This document shows positions 53,401-64,000 of a DNA stretch of 64,000 bases, one piece after another. Source of the DNA: Paragordius varius (Eukaryota > Animalia > Nematomorpha); assembly GCA_964247055.1 (NCBI GenBank), contig OZ176056.1, forward strand, positions 3,472,001-3,536,000, given 5' to 3'. The notes under the pieces were generated by a model. The model did not search any database. It saw only the letters and a program-made list of their open reading frames with translations, and was not told the origin of the DNA. The position numbers and the translations under genes are program-made. Each line of letters begins with the position of its first letter. The first letter of the stretch is position 1.

Positions 53401-56400
53401 TAACGTCTTTAAAAGTGCCGCGTCGCAATTTGTTAAAATTAAAGGTCTGTTGGTCGGAAGAATCAATTTTATTGGTGATTTGATGTGCTTGTTTTTTAAA
53501 TGGCACTTTATTGGGAACATAACATTTTGTGTAAGGGCCTAAATTCGGGTTGGTTTGTAGCCAACGGGTTAACCAAAGCACATCGCAATTACAGATTAGG
53601 GGATTGTTCATTAAACGCCTAGAAAAAAAATAGTATAAAAAATACTTTTATTAATATTATAAATAAAATTAACATTATACTTATAGAGGCAAAGAATATA
53701 AAAAAACTCTGTCACCTTGATCATATAGTGCGAAATATTTTTGTTAAAAATGTGATAAAATTAGATATATAATCAAAAAGCATTGCTATAATTATGGACC
53801 AGATTTGGACATCTTTTTCGCCTTACCTGCATTTTCTGGATATATAATATTCTAAATAAATTAAACAATGTAAAATGTAAATCGATCTAGGTACCTACTT
53901 ATGAGTAACGATACGAAATATCTGTTTATGACTCTCATAAAAGCTTCAATTAATAAAATTTTAATACCATATTTTATAAATTTGATGTTATTCTACGGCT
54001 AAATTTTAAATTATTAAGTGAAATCCATTTTTTAGCTTCAAAATGTCAATTAATGGATAATACTTATTTTAAACAAGTGTACAAAAGTAAAATCTTTTTA
54101 AAACTCTTGGAGGAAGTCGTAGTTATCATTTAAGTTTTGTTTAATAAAAAGGTTGATCCTATTGTTAAAAGATCATTTTGGGGGCGTCAATATAAAGATT
54201 ACCCACTATAAATGAGTAATTGGAGGTTGAAACCCAACTGCTTATTTGTTATTTATACGCTTTTAAATCGATATTTCCTATATTTAAAATCAAACGGCTT
54301 CAGACTTGGCCGGCTTAGGTCAGAATCTAAAATAATTTAAAATGATTTTATCCAATCAAAAAAATTTATCACACTTTTCGACGCCGTAAAAGGTCCATTT
54401 GAAACTTTTAAAAAATTCTTACAACACGCGCAATTTCTTCATATTGGCAAACAGATTTTCTGGTAATGATTGCAATTGATTGTTATTTAAAGTTCTATAA
54501 TGCACACAAATACAGTGTTAAATATATTTCAAAAAAAAATAATTGTAAAGAATATCTAATAATTTACAAAATTTCTAGGAACTTCAGATTAGTCATTCCG
54601 GATTTAATGTCTATGCATTTCAAGACATTGTTATCTAGTTGTCTAAAAATATAACCAAAAAATTCATTTTCTTATAAATCATCGATGATATATCTTAAAC
54701 TTTATATTAACACTTTATTACCCTTGAATATTTAGAATTTACCCTTGATATCTTTAAAATTTAAATTTCTCTATAATTTTTTTTTGAAAATCAAGTATCT
54801 ATATTTTTAATATTATTTGAAAAAATAAACTTTGTTTAATATTAACGAAATAATAAAAAAAGGATAAAGTATGCCATAAACAAATATTTTTTAATAATGA
54901 GCTAAATTAGTCCATAAACACATGATTATTTTCAGGGTGAATTTAAAATGTTCAAGGGTTTATTTTAAATTTTCAGGGAATTTGATATGTTCAAGGGTTA
55001 ATTTGAGGTGTGAATGGTGCAATATTTTTTAATTTAATTTAAGGTTTTAATAATATAAAATTACAAGTTTTTGAGTATAAAATTTGAAGTGAACATATCC
55101 TCAGGTATTGTTGTCAATTGATTATGGCTTAAATCTCTAAAATAAAATATAATAAAAAAATATATTATGTAAGACATTTTGAAGTAAACCATATTGATTT
55201 TTAATTAAATTTAATGTCTGTTTAACAATTAAATGCTAAATGAAAGGAGATATCTGGATCTCTTGTCCATGATTTTTTTTCTTATTAGAGAATTCTGAAA
55301 GCTCCAAGAATAGTGTCGCTAATTAAATTTCCAATATTTAATATAAGAGCATTTGAAAAAAAAAGAAATATAAAAATTATATTTTACAGTCGTTCCAAAT
55401 TCTGCAAAGGATTGAAAAGTCGCTTGGGCAAGATTGTTAATTTATTATTTTCCAATCTCCTGGAAAAATATTTTAATTAGATTCTAGAATTCAACAAAAT
55501 AAATTAAAATAAAAATTATATATATAATTACAATTTTTTCAAATTTCTCAATTGTTCAAAACTTCCCTCTTCAATGTAAACGAGCGAATTATGCGTTAAA
55601 ATAAGAGTTTTTAATGGCAAACTCGTAGTTTTAGCGTCTAACGTTACTCTAAAATCTTGACTACGAATGTAGGATATTTGATTTTCTTGAAGTTCTCTAA
55701 ATTATAAAAATTTATAAAAATTTTATGGGCAACCAATATTTTTAATACCCCCAATTAATTTATTTGACTTTCTTGACTAAATAAGCTAATAAATAACACA
55801 AAATTATTCGCAAAACCATGATAACAAAATCTTCTTAGTAAAATTTATATTTTTGGTTCTGATGTTCTGAATAAGTCATCCCGAATTCGGGCGACAAACC
55901 AGCAAAAGTTGGATAAAACTAAATATTAGTGATAATATGTTCGTAATTGGTTTACAATTCTATGATTGAAATTTACAATGCAATATATTTCTTTGTTAAA
56001 GCCCATAATTAATGCCGTAAGCTCGAATTTTTGAGTCAAAAATGCGGCCTCCGCGAATCCATTTATAGGCACCATCGTTGCTCTATAATATTTCAGATCT
56101 AAACTCAGGCGTGGCATGTATAAACCGTCAATTCATATTAAAACAAATTACTTTCCCATAAAAATAGGACAAAAGTTGTATTTGTAAAATAATCTTAATT
56201 TTTGATCAAAAAAATTAATTTATAAATATGAGAATAAAAACAATATTGAAAAAATTGGTCCTTACATTTTTTGTGCTAGTGATAATAGCAAATATTTTTC
56301 ACGGGGTATCCTGGTTAAATTTTGACCAAAACATTCGATTGTAATTATTTCTCCAGAGGTTTCAATGCAAGAACAGGGGTTATTAAATTTTTCCTGGTTA

Positions 56401-56603
56401 TTCTGCTGACAAAAATTTATGCTTTGGTGGTCCATATTTTTAAAATTATCATTGGGTGAATTGACAGATTTTAGCGTATTCAAACTTTTTTCAGCATCGA
56501 ACATAGGCTCGAAAAGATAGGATTGAAATGAAAATGTTACCATCCAAAAAATGGTTGTTAGCTCATAAAATATATAGTAAAAGAATGGATATCTCCTCTT
56601 CAT
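40721..56603 (-). CDS. slit: Slit axon-guidance ligand: 4 LRR domains, 6 EGF, LamG, 1 EGF, cystine knot; 35 exons, about 2059 aa
   Basis: Exons (minus): 56603-56266, 55696-55532, 55459-55388, 55136-55065, 54642-54568, 54494-54423, 53618-53359, 53093-52721, 52606-52535, 52458-52387, 52307-52236, 51362-51291, 51216-51145, 51070-50898, 50529-50376, 50184-50113, 50021-49950, 49876-49805, 49439-49368, 49293-49222, 48580-48420, 48117-47892, 47688-47617, 47530-47384, 47161-46998, 46807-46486, 45854-45595, 45318-45228, 44912-44525, 43921-43737, 43475-43324, 42723-42581, 42435-42204, 42139-41720, 41463-40721. All GT-AG, phases consistent, sum 6180 nt. Typical 72-nt phase-2 LRR exons (e.g. [37 protein letters not shown]). 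Confidence 0.96.
44933..45108. mobile_element. Tc1/mariner-type MITE (hairpin) in slit intron
   Basis: TA-CAGTATGCATTTTAATGGT ... ACCATTAAAATGCGTATTGTACTG-TA; inner arms CACAGTAGTGTATGGAAAAAA / TTTTTTCCATACATTACTGTG. Confidence 0.8.
47218..47338. mobile_element. Short MITE of the CAGTAAAAA family in slit intron 24
   Basis: TA-CAGTAAAAACTAAAAT ... CTGTATAATTTCTATTTTTACTG-TA. Confidence 0.75.
49482..49782. mobile_element. hAT (Charlie/Buster-like) MITE in slit intron
   Basis: CTGGGGTGTCCAACA ... TGTTGGACACCTCTG termini with GACCGCGAAAAATTTG / GGCCGCGAAG subterminal motifs; TSD not matching. Confidence 0.75.
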
Positions 56604-58130
56604 ACTTGGAATGATTTGCACAAAGTCAAAAAAAATATATCTTTTGAATGTTCTTTTTAATGAAATTTAAATTGAATAAAATTGCTAACACATCATCTCT
56701 GAATTTTGTGGAATATAAAAGAAAAATGAATGCACAGCCAAAATAATTTTCTTGATTTATCAGATAGATGTGTTTTTAATTTTTCAGAAATAGAAGAAAA
56801 GAAGATACCATAAAAATGTGTGTCGCCAACCAAAATTAACAACTAGTATCTTTTATTTCATGTAAGAATATTAAAAATTTACACCATATTTGATAAAATT
56901 TATATTCTAAAATAATTAAAAATAAAAAAATAAAAAAATTAATTAATTTAATATATAGCAAAAAAAATTTGTGTTATGTAAATAAATAAATTAAAGATGT
57001 TAAAATCATTAAAGAAAAATCTGTTACATTAAGTGTAGTGTTAAATACAATTCGTACCTGGCCATTCAAAATAAAATATTGATAATATATTAAACAAATA
57101 TTAGAAAATATATTTAATCAATTTTATCAAAATATTAACGTTAGTTATAAAAATATAAAATAAAAATGTGGTATAAAATCAACAACATTTTTATATTATT
57201 TTTTGTTTATTTTTACAAATGATTTATAGATAATAACAAATTTTATTTTATAATCTCTCCAGGGGTCCAACCCAATTATCTATCCTCTTATCATTTTTTT
57301 CTCTATATTATTGATAAATATATTAGTAATAAATATATCTGGAGTAATGTAGATAATTTTTTTAATATTAAAAATTGGCTTAAAAAAATTAATGGTAAAA
57401 GAAAATTTAAAATATAATGTAGAATTTAAAAATTAAATGTGTCGTTAAAATAATTGGAAAAAAATTTTTAAAAATTTTCGATTGGGACAAAATAAGATAA
57501 TAATAATCGGCCAATATATAATCACTTTAAATTATAATCAAAATTAAAAGTTCTAATATTATAATATTATTTTTATCTTTTAATATTTTAGATAATTATT
57601 TAAAAAAACTTTCCGAAATCGGGGAATCTAATCTCAATAATAAATTTTAAATAACAAAGGTAATAATAAATATGGCATAAATATTATTTTATGTACTGAT
57701 AATATTTGCTGTTAAAATTTGTCTCTAAAAGATAAATTATAATTTTTCTATATATTTATTTTTTATAATAATTTCCATTAATTATTAATATAACTATAAT
57801 GCTATTGCACCTTTTAGGTAAAAAAATGTTTAGAGTTCTCTCGAGTGTTAACCTTAAGAGGAACGTAAAAAATCCATTAAACCAAATAAGCAGGACCTTT
57901 GTCTAATGGTCTATAAAATATTAATATAAATAGTATATACCATAAGAGCTGACAAAAATATTCGGAAAATATAAATATATACTACAATAAAAATTTATCG
58001 GGATTTTTTGGTTTCGGATTCGGTTTACCATAAAAGATTACAAAAATTATATTAGCTATGAATGCAATTAAAAATAAAATAAAGTTTTATTATATTTTAG
58101 CTTTCTTTATTCAAATTTTTTTTGAGCATA

Positions 58131-58445
58131 TACCATTTGCACTTCAAGAGTGTCCTTGAACACTTCAAGTTGGTCCTTGAACAATTCAAGTTGGTCCTTG
58201 AACAGTTCAAGTTGTTCCTTGAGCAATTCAAGATGGTCGGTCCATTCAAGTTGGTCTTTGAACATTTCAAGTTGGTCCTTGAACCCTTGAACTTCAAGTT
58301 GGTCCTTAAAATTTATAAATTTTGATTTAACCATTATTTTTGCATTTATTATATTATTTATTAACCTAATTTTCTTTATTTATTATATATTTATTCATTT
58401 AAAAATAAAAAAATTTATTAAAAAACCACTTTTTTGTTTCAAACT
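58131..58445. mobile_element. Truncated foldback-like MITE family A (one arm with about 8 subrepeats)
   Basis: TA-TACCATTTGCACTTCAAGAG followed by AACA.TTCAAGTTGGTCCTTG units. The remainder is the reverse complement of about 26150-26290. Confidence 0.85.
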
Positions 58446-58537
58446 AAGTAAATGGCAACTATATTAAGCGCAGCCATAAAAAATTAAGATGGGTTTGAAG
58501 CAATTTTTCGAAAAATCTATGAGACCCTATGGGTTAT

Positions 58538-58873
58538 TGATATCAGTTGGGTATAATTTATTAAAACACAATAATGGGAAAACACAGTAATACAATGGAC
58601 TTAAAGAAGTTGTTGTTTATATAGGTTATATTTAATTCCGAGAAATGTATACCGATCTTATTATATATTTTTATCGTGCATTAACATATACAAATTTCTG
58701 AGAATGATGAGTGTGCATTTATAAAACAGTCACGTAGTGTAAAACTTGTCACGTAGTATATAACATGTCACGTAAATATTAATAACAGAAAAGTATTATA
58801 AGTATGCATTGAATAGCAAAGTAATATATAAAATAGAGTTATGTTTTGTTGCATATTATATAACATCATATCA
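58538..58873 (-). repeat. 3' LTR (336 bp)
   Basis: TG...CA ends on the minus strand; differs from the other LTR by 5 substitutions and 1 indel on manual alignment (about 98%). Confidence 0.95.
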
Positions 58874-58875
58874 TA

Positions 58876-58887
58876 TCTCCCACCTTT
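58876..58887 (-). other. Polypurine tract
   Basis: Minus strand AAAGGTGGGAGA immediately 5' of the 3' LTR. Confidence 0.85.
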
Positions 58888-61800
58888 AATAAGAAAGACG
58901 ATCCGGAGCTTTTCGTTCCCGGCGAGGATAACGGCTTTGTACTTCTGTCAAGTTACACTCCGATTCCACAGCTTCCGTAACTGGGATCTCTGGTACAATG
59001 TCAAGGACGGGTTGTGACATAACAGACTTCTGTAGCTGATCGGCGTGTTTTCGCTGAATTTTGCTACCGTCATCAGTCTTGTAAGATAATAATCCTGTTC
59101 TTTCAATTACTTTTCCTTTCCGCCACCCCTCTGCTGTTTCATTTTTAATCAGAATAGCATCATCAACGTCAAATTCTCGTAAGGGGGCTCTAGTATTATC
59201 CGTAAAATCTGATGGTATTGTCTTTAACCATGACAAGGGACCTAACAATTCTCTTTTTAGGAATAATATGCACGGTGTTGCTCTCGTTGCACTATGAATT
59301 GCTTGCCGATAGCTTCACAAATGGTATTCATTGCTTCTTGCGGAGAGATGTCAGCCCTCTTCGTAGCTTTATATTTAGTTTTCAATGTGTAAATAGATCT
59401 TTCTACCAACCCATTCGTTCGTGGGTGATACGGACTCGACGTAACATGTTTGTTGTTTAAGTGTTTAAGCCTTTCATCAAAATCGTGCGATACAAAATAC
59501 GATGCATTATCACTTACTATCATTTTAGGAAAACCATATCTCGCAAACAATTGTTCTAAGCAATTTAAAACAGACCTGCTCGTAACTTGTTTCAATAAAT
59601 TAACTTCCAGCCATCTGGACGAGCTGTCAATTGTTACCAGCCAGTAGAAATTATCAATGGGACCAGTAATATCTATGTGTATTCTTTCCCAGACGGCGGT
59701 GTTGAAATTCCATTTGTATGTTGGGTTTTCCTGGACATTGGGCTTGTATCTTTGACATGAGTCACATGTCTTCGCAAGCAATTCAATACTTTGGTCCAAG
59801 CCTGGCCAATATACACTGTGGCGCGCAAGGGACTTATCCCTGGGTGTCCAGTGTGAAAGTAGTTTAGGACTTCATTTTGCATGGATCTCAGGAACAATGA
59901 GTCTATCCTCCAAATAAACTAAACCATACGATGCTTGGATAGCGTTGCGATGTGATTGATAATTTTTTAGATCTGGATTATCCCAATTGTTGGAATTTAA
60001 TGCAATTTTTAATTTTTTTATCACCGGGTCCTTATTGGACTGAACTAATACATTTTTTTTATTAATGTTTAAATCGTTCATAGATAAGAACCGAATTTTT
60101 TCAGCTACAGCATGATCATCATCTATTTCAGAATCGTCAATTGCTAATCTTGATAGGGGATCAGCTAAATTTTGAACCCCTTTATTGAAATGAATGGTAT
60201 AATCATACCCCGATATTTTATAAATCCAACGTAATAATTTTATACTAGTGACTCCGGTTAAGTTCCGGTCTTCCCCAAATAATTTAATCAGTGGTTTATG
60301 ATCAGTCAATATTTTAAAAGATCTCCCATATATGAAAGGGTGAAATTTTTTTACCGCGAACAAAATCGCCTTGGCCTCTCTTTCGATCGTCGAATAATGT
60401 TTTTCAGAATTTAAACATTTCCTGGATGCGAAAGAGATTGGCCGCTTGCCATCTTCGGTTACATGGAAAAGGATGGCACCCAAACCTTCGTTTAAAGCAT
60501 CGGTCTCAATCAATAATGGCAATTGCGGATTGTACGGAATCAGTTCCACAAAATTTGCTATTAGTTGTTTTGACAGTGCAAATTGTTTATCATGAATATT
60601 CTCCCATTTCCATGGCATTTTGTTTCCAGTTAAAGTGTGCAGATCACTTATGACTGAATGTAATCTTAGAATAAATATTTCATGAAAGTTTAATAGTCCT
60701 AAAAAGGACCGTAATGTTGTTTTGTCCTTTGGAACAGGACATTTCAAAATAGCCTTGATTTTTTCATCCGTTGGCTTAATACCTCTTTTAGATATTTCGT
60801 ATCCCATGTAGGATACTTTTTCCTGGAAGAATTTCATTTTATCCGGTTGCAAACGGAATCCGGCCTGTTCAAGTTTCTCCAACACATGCTCAAGATTTGC
60901 TTTGTGTTGAGTGTCTGTATTGCCGGTTACCAGAACATCATCCAGATAAGCACAAACGCCTGTGCAATCATCCAGAATTCGATCCATAACTCGTTGAAAT
61001 ATCATTGGAGCATTTGTGAGCCCGAAAGGTAATCGTTTATAAGTAAAGTAACCTCTGTGTGTTGTAATTGTCAGAATATTAGAGCATTCTTTATCAACCG
61101 GTAGTTGTAAGTAGGCATCCTTGAGATCCAAAACTAAAAATGAATGTCCATTTCCGATTTTACCCAATAATTGATCAAATGTCGGAATGATATGAGAATC
61201 TTTTGATAGATAAGGATTGATTGTGACACGAAAATCGGCGCATATACGAGCCTCCCCATTGGATTTCAACACGTTGACCGTTGGGGTTGCCCAAGATATC
61301 TCAGTTGTTGTTGGGTCTATTGGTTCTATAATCCCCAAATCTAACAATCTATTCAATTCATTTTCTACCAATGGTTGCAATGGTAGAGGAACTCTACGGC
61401 ATGGAAAAGCTTTTGGTTTTGCATCCGGTGTCAAAAAAAAATTTTTCGGATTGCCGTTGTAACAACCAAGTTCCTTTGAGAATAGTTTTGGAAATATTTT
61501 GGTCAGCTCCATCTTCTCATTAGAATTTATATTATTGATTACACCTTTTGGAAAAGGTAGCTTGTACGCTTTTATCCAAGGTAATCCAAAAATTGGATCA
61601 AAATTGCTTTTAGTTACGATACATGGTAACGTTTTCTTTTCATTGTACAACGTCACAGTGACCATAGTTTTCCCTAAGATTGTTATCTTATTATTATCAT
61701 ACGTGGTTATTTGATCGGACCACGTTAACTTAGGGCTACTGATCTGCTTCCATATTTGTTGACTTATGGGACAGCAGTCAGCACCGGTATCGAAAATCAT

Positions 61801-62704
61801 ATCTATCATATTATTGTTGATCTTCACTTTTATTTTAGGGGTAGTGCCCGCTTTTATAGATCTAATTTGATCTAAATTTCTCACCAACTTTGTTTTGCAC
61901 ATTGAACTAAAGTGGTTGTTTTTGTTGCAATAGTAGCACGTTTTGCCCCAAGCTGGACACTTGATGCAGTGATCCACAATTTCAGCAATTTACTTTAGTA
62001 TCATTATTATCCCGGACATCATTATTCTTATAGTTTTTATAATTATTATTGTTATAATGGCTCTTGTTAAAACTTCCATGAGGTTTTACATTTCTGGATT
62101 TATCCACTTTAAGCTTATTGATTTGCGAGGGAAGATTATCGGCTTCCTCAAAACTTAAAGCCATATCGACCAACATTTGTAGTGTCAGTGGTTTGTCATC
62201 TAACTTACCGAGCGGATATTTTATGTGGAGTTCTCTTTCTAATCTGGGTTGATTTAATCCAATCAAAAATATATCCCTGATTTTGTTAGAAATGTCCGAA
62301 TCAAATCCAGAATTGTCGGCCAAAATTTTCAAACGTTCTAAATACGAAAGAATAGATTCATTATCACCACGACGAATACGATAAAATGCACATCTATTCA
62401 CCCATAGACTTTTGTCTGGGGCATAGATTTGAACTGCAATTTTATAGATTTCCGGCCATTCCAAATCTTCGATGGTATCAGGATATAGAATATTTTCAAT
62501 TTTGTTCAAAATTTTAATACCACCGAAAGCTAAAAATAATTTTTTTATATTGGAATCCGTGACAGGAATATCCCTGGCCGCAAGTACCCTTTCTATGTGC
62601 CTGACATAATTTTTGAAATTGTAACATTCCTCAAATGGTTCAAGAATTATTCGATTTAGAGGATTTTGTGCATTACTAAATGATGTATCTCCGGGATTTT
62701 CCAT
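58886..62704 (-). pseudogene. Disrupted gag-pol of the LTR element
   Basis: Gag starts at about 62704 (MENPGD). A TGA at 61982-61984 lies within a C-x-x-C knuckle and is followed by a frameshift. Further frameshifts at about 59880 and 59830 (integrase HHCC region) and about 59330 (plus a stop). PR-RT-RH stays open for 701 aa. Confidence 0.9.
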
Positions 62705-62724
62705 TAGGCAGAATAAATTTTTTT

Positions 62725-62734
62725 CTCGTCGCCA
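62725..62734 (-). other. Primer-binding site, probably tRNA-Ser(GCU)
   Basis: Minus strand TGGCGACGAG, 2 nt downstream of the 5' LTR, complementary to the ...CUCGUCGCCA 3' end known for eukaryotic tRNA-Ser(GCU); 10-nt match only. Confidence 0.75.
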
Positions 62735-62736
62735 AA

Positions 62737-63073
62737 TAATATCAGTTGGGTATAATTTATTATAACACAATAATGGGAAAACACAGTAATGCAATGGACT
62801 TAAAGAAGTTGTTGTTTATATAGGTTATATTTAATTCCGAGAAATGTATACGGATCTTATTATATATTTTTATCGTGCATTAACATATACAAATTTCTGA
62901 GAATGATGAGTGTGCATTTATAAAACAGTCACGTAGTCTAAAACTTGTCACGTAGTATATAACATGTCACGTTAAATATTAATAACAGAAAAGTATTATA
63001 AGTATGCATTGAATAGCAAAGTAATATATAAAATAGAGTTATGTTTTGTTGCATATTATATAACATCATATCA
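62737..63073 (-). repeat. 5' LTR (337 bp)
   Basis: Direct repeat of 58538-58873; its inner terminus reads TA instead of CA. Confidence 0.95.
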
Positions 63074-64000
63074 GTTATATAAAGGGTTCAGATAGTTTTA
63101 GTAAAAATTATAGCCTATTCTTTATCAAGCCACTGCCTAGAATCCACGCCCTGTACATGTTCCATCATTTTTAAAAAAACGTGGAAAAAGCGATTTCTCG
63201 ATGTATTTGCACTACATAAAGGCAGTTATGGTTTTGTCCATGTTATTTAGGCTATTTCTAATACAAAAGCAATATTTTAACAAGCGCTTTTTTAAATTAG
63301 CTTACAGTTAAATTTAAAAATACTCCATTATTGTATAATAACGTGCCGAATTCCGCCCAAGTAAGAAAATTATAGGTTTTTAGATTTTCCATGAATAATG
63401 GTAGTAGTGTCGTGAAGAGGGCTTTTCCTTTTTAAATACGTCAATGTATAAAATTAATTTTGTTTAAAAGCATTTATAAAAATTTATGACACCATATCTA
63501 GACAATACTTTTTAAAAGCAAAGATTTGTTTACATAAATTAATATATTATTTTTCGCTCACTGAGTGAAATTAATATTGTTGCGCTATTTAAATTTAATC
63601 AGTTTTCTAATAATAAAATTATCTTTCCTAAAAACGTGTAAACAAAACTGACTACCTTAAAAATTATTGTGTGTTCATTCTAACCTGATAAAATATATAT
63701 ATATTGATAGGACAACGTATCAGGATTACCATAATGCTTTTGGTTTTGGCCCTTGAATAATATAAGAAAGTTATTCACAGTTTGTCGTAAGTGCTCCATA
63801 TCAGAAAATGGCAAATTTGAGCATGTTTTTTAAATAAAATTTTGGCGAAAGCTAAATGCTTCATTCTTAATAATATCACTAAAAAATATCATAAACTACA
63901 ATATAAAACAAAACTATATTTTTAAAAAAATTTAATTGTTAGATATGGGCTTCGAAAGTCCCAAATTTTTTTCCCTTCCAAAATTGGCTAATTCATTTAT

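Larger units (their letters stand above)
58538..63073 (-). mobile_element. Full-length Ty3/Gypsy LTR retrotransposon (Mag-like), decayed
   Basis: Two LTRs; 5-bp TSD GTTAT (58533-58537, 63074-63078); PBS and PPT; domain order gag-PR-RT-RH-IN with PR FDTGAD, RT LDLKDAYLQ/LPFGL/YLDDVLV, RH ETDA..EREAKA..TDHKPL, IN HIDITGP..SDNA..SPYHPRTNGLVER. Confidence 0.97.

Noticed and set aside
55926-56117. 63-aa ORF in slit intron 1
   Set aside because: It has no LRR pattern and the flanking exons join in phase without it; probably repeat-derived.
58097-58334. ORFs with heptad or leucine-zipper-like repeats (KDQLELF)n and (CSRTNLN)n
   Set aside because: They are translations of the 21-bp MITE subrepeats; there are no splice or start contexts indicating a gene.
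61975-61990. Programmed readthrough or frameshift between gag and pol
   Set aside because: The TGA and shift fall inside a Zn-knuckle motif (likely TGG to TGA plus an indel), and the element has other lesions, so this is simple decay.
58886-62704. Many coding lesions despite about 98% LTR identity, suggesting non-autonomous mobilisation
   Set aside because: At roughly 1% change per copy over about 3.9 kb, a handful of indels and stops is expected from neutral decay.
1-64000. tRNA, rRNA, SL/snRNA genes and telomeric arrays
   Set aside because: No T-loop or A/B-box cloverleaf, rRNA-like GC-rich tract or telomeric repeat run was recognised by eye; a covariance-model search would be needed to exclude small RNAs.

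Overview
Very AT-rich animal (bilaterian, protostome-like) genomic window, standard genetic code, dense with transposon debris. Genes that can be assembled by hand from GT-AG exons: RpL22 (+), a 152-aa secreted Gly/Pro-rich protein built from tandemly duplicated phase-1 cassette exons (-), sorbitol dehydrogenase (-), a candidate small secreted protein and a small single-pass membrane protein (+), a SMYD5-like SET/MYND gene with an extra C-terminal MYND finger (+), and a complete 35-exon slit gene of about 2059 aa (-). Mobile DNA: a full-length but decayed Ty3/Gypsy (Mag-like) LTR retrotransposon with 5-bp TSD, an internally deleted hAT element with 8-bp TSD, and several MITE families, including a foldback-like family with 21-bp subrepeats. 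Most striking: two introns of exactly 25 nt (one at the conserved RpL22 position), the modular Gly/Pro protein, and large insertions throughout Slit. No rRNA, tRNA or CRISPR array was seen. All gene models are manual and lack transcript support. Family assignments come from recalled motifs, not database searches.
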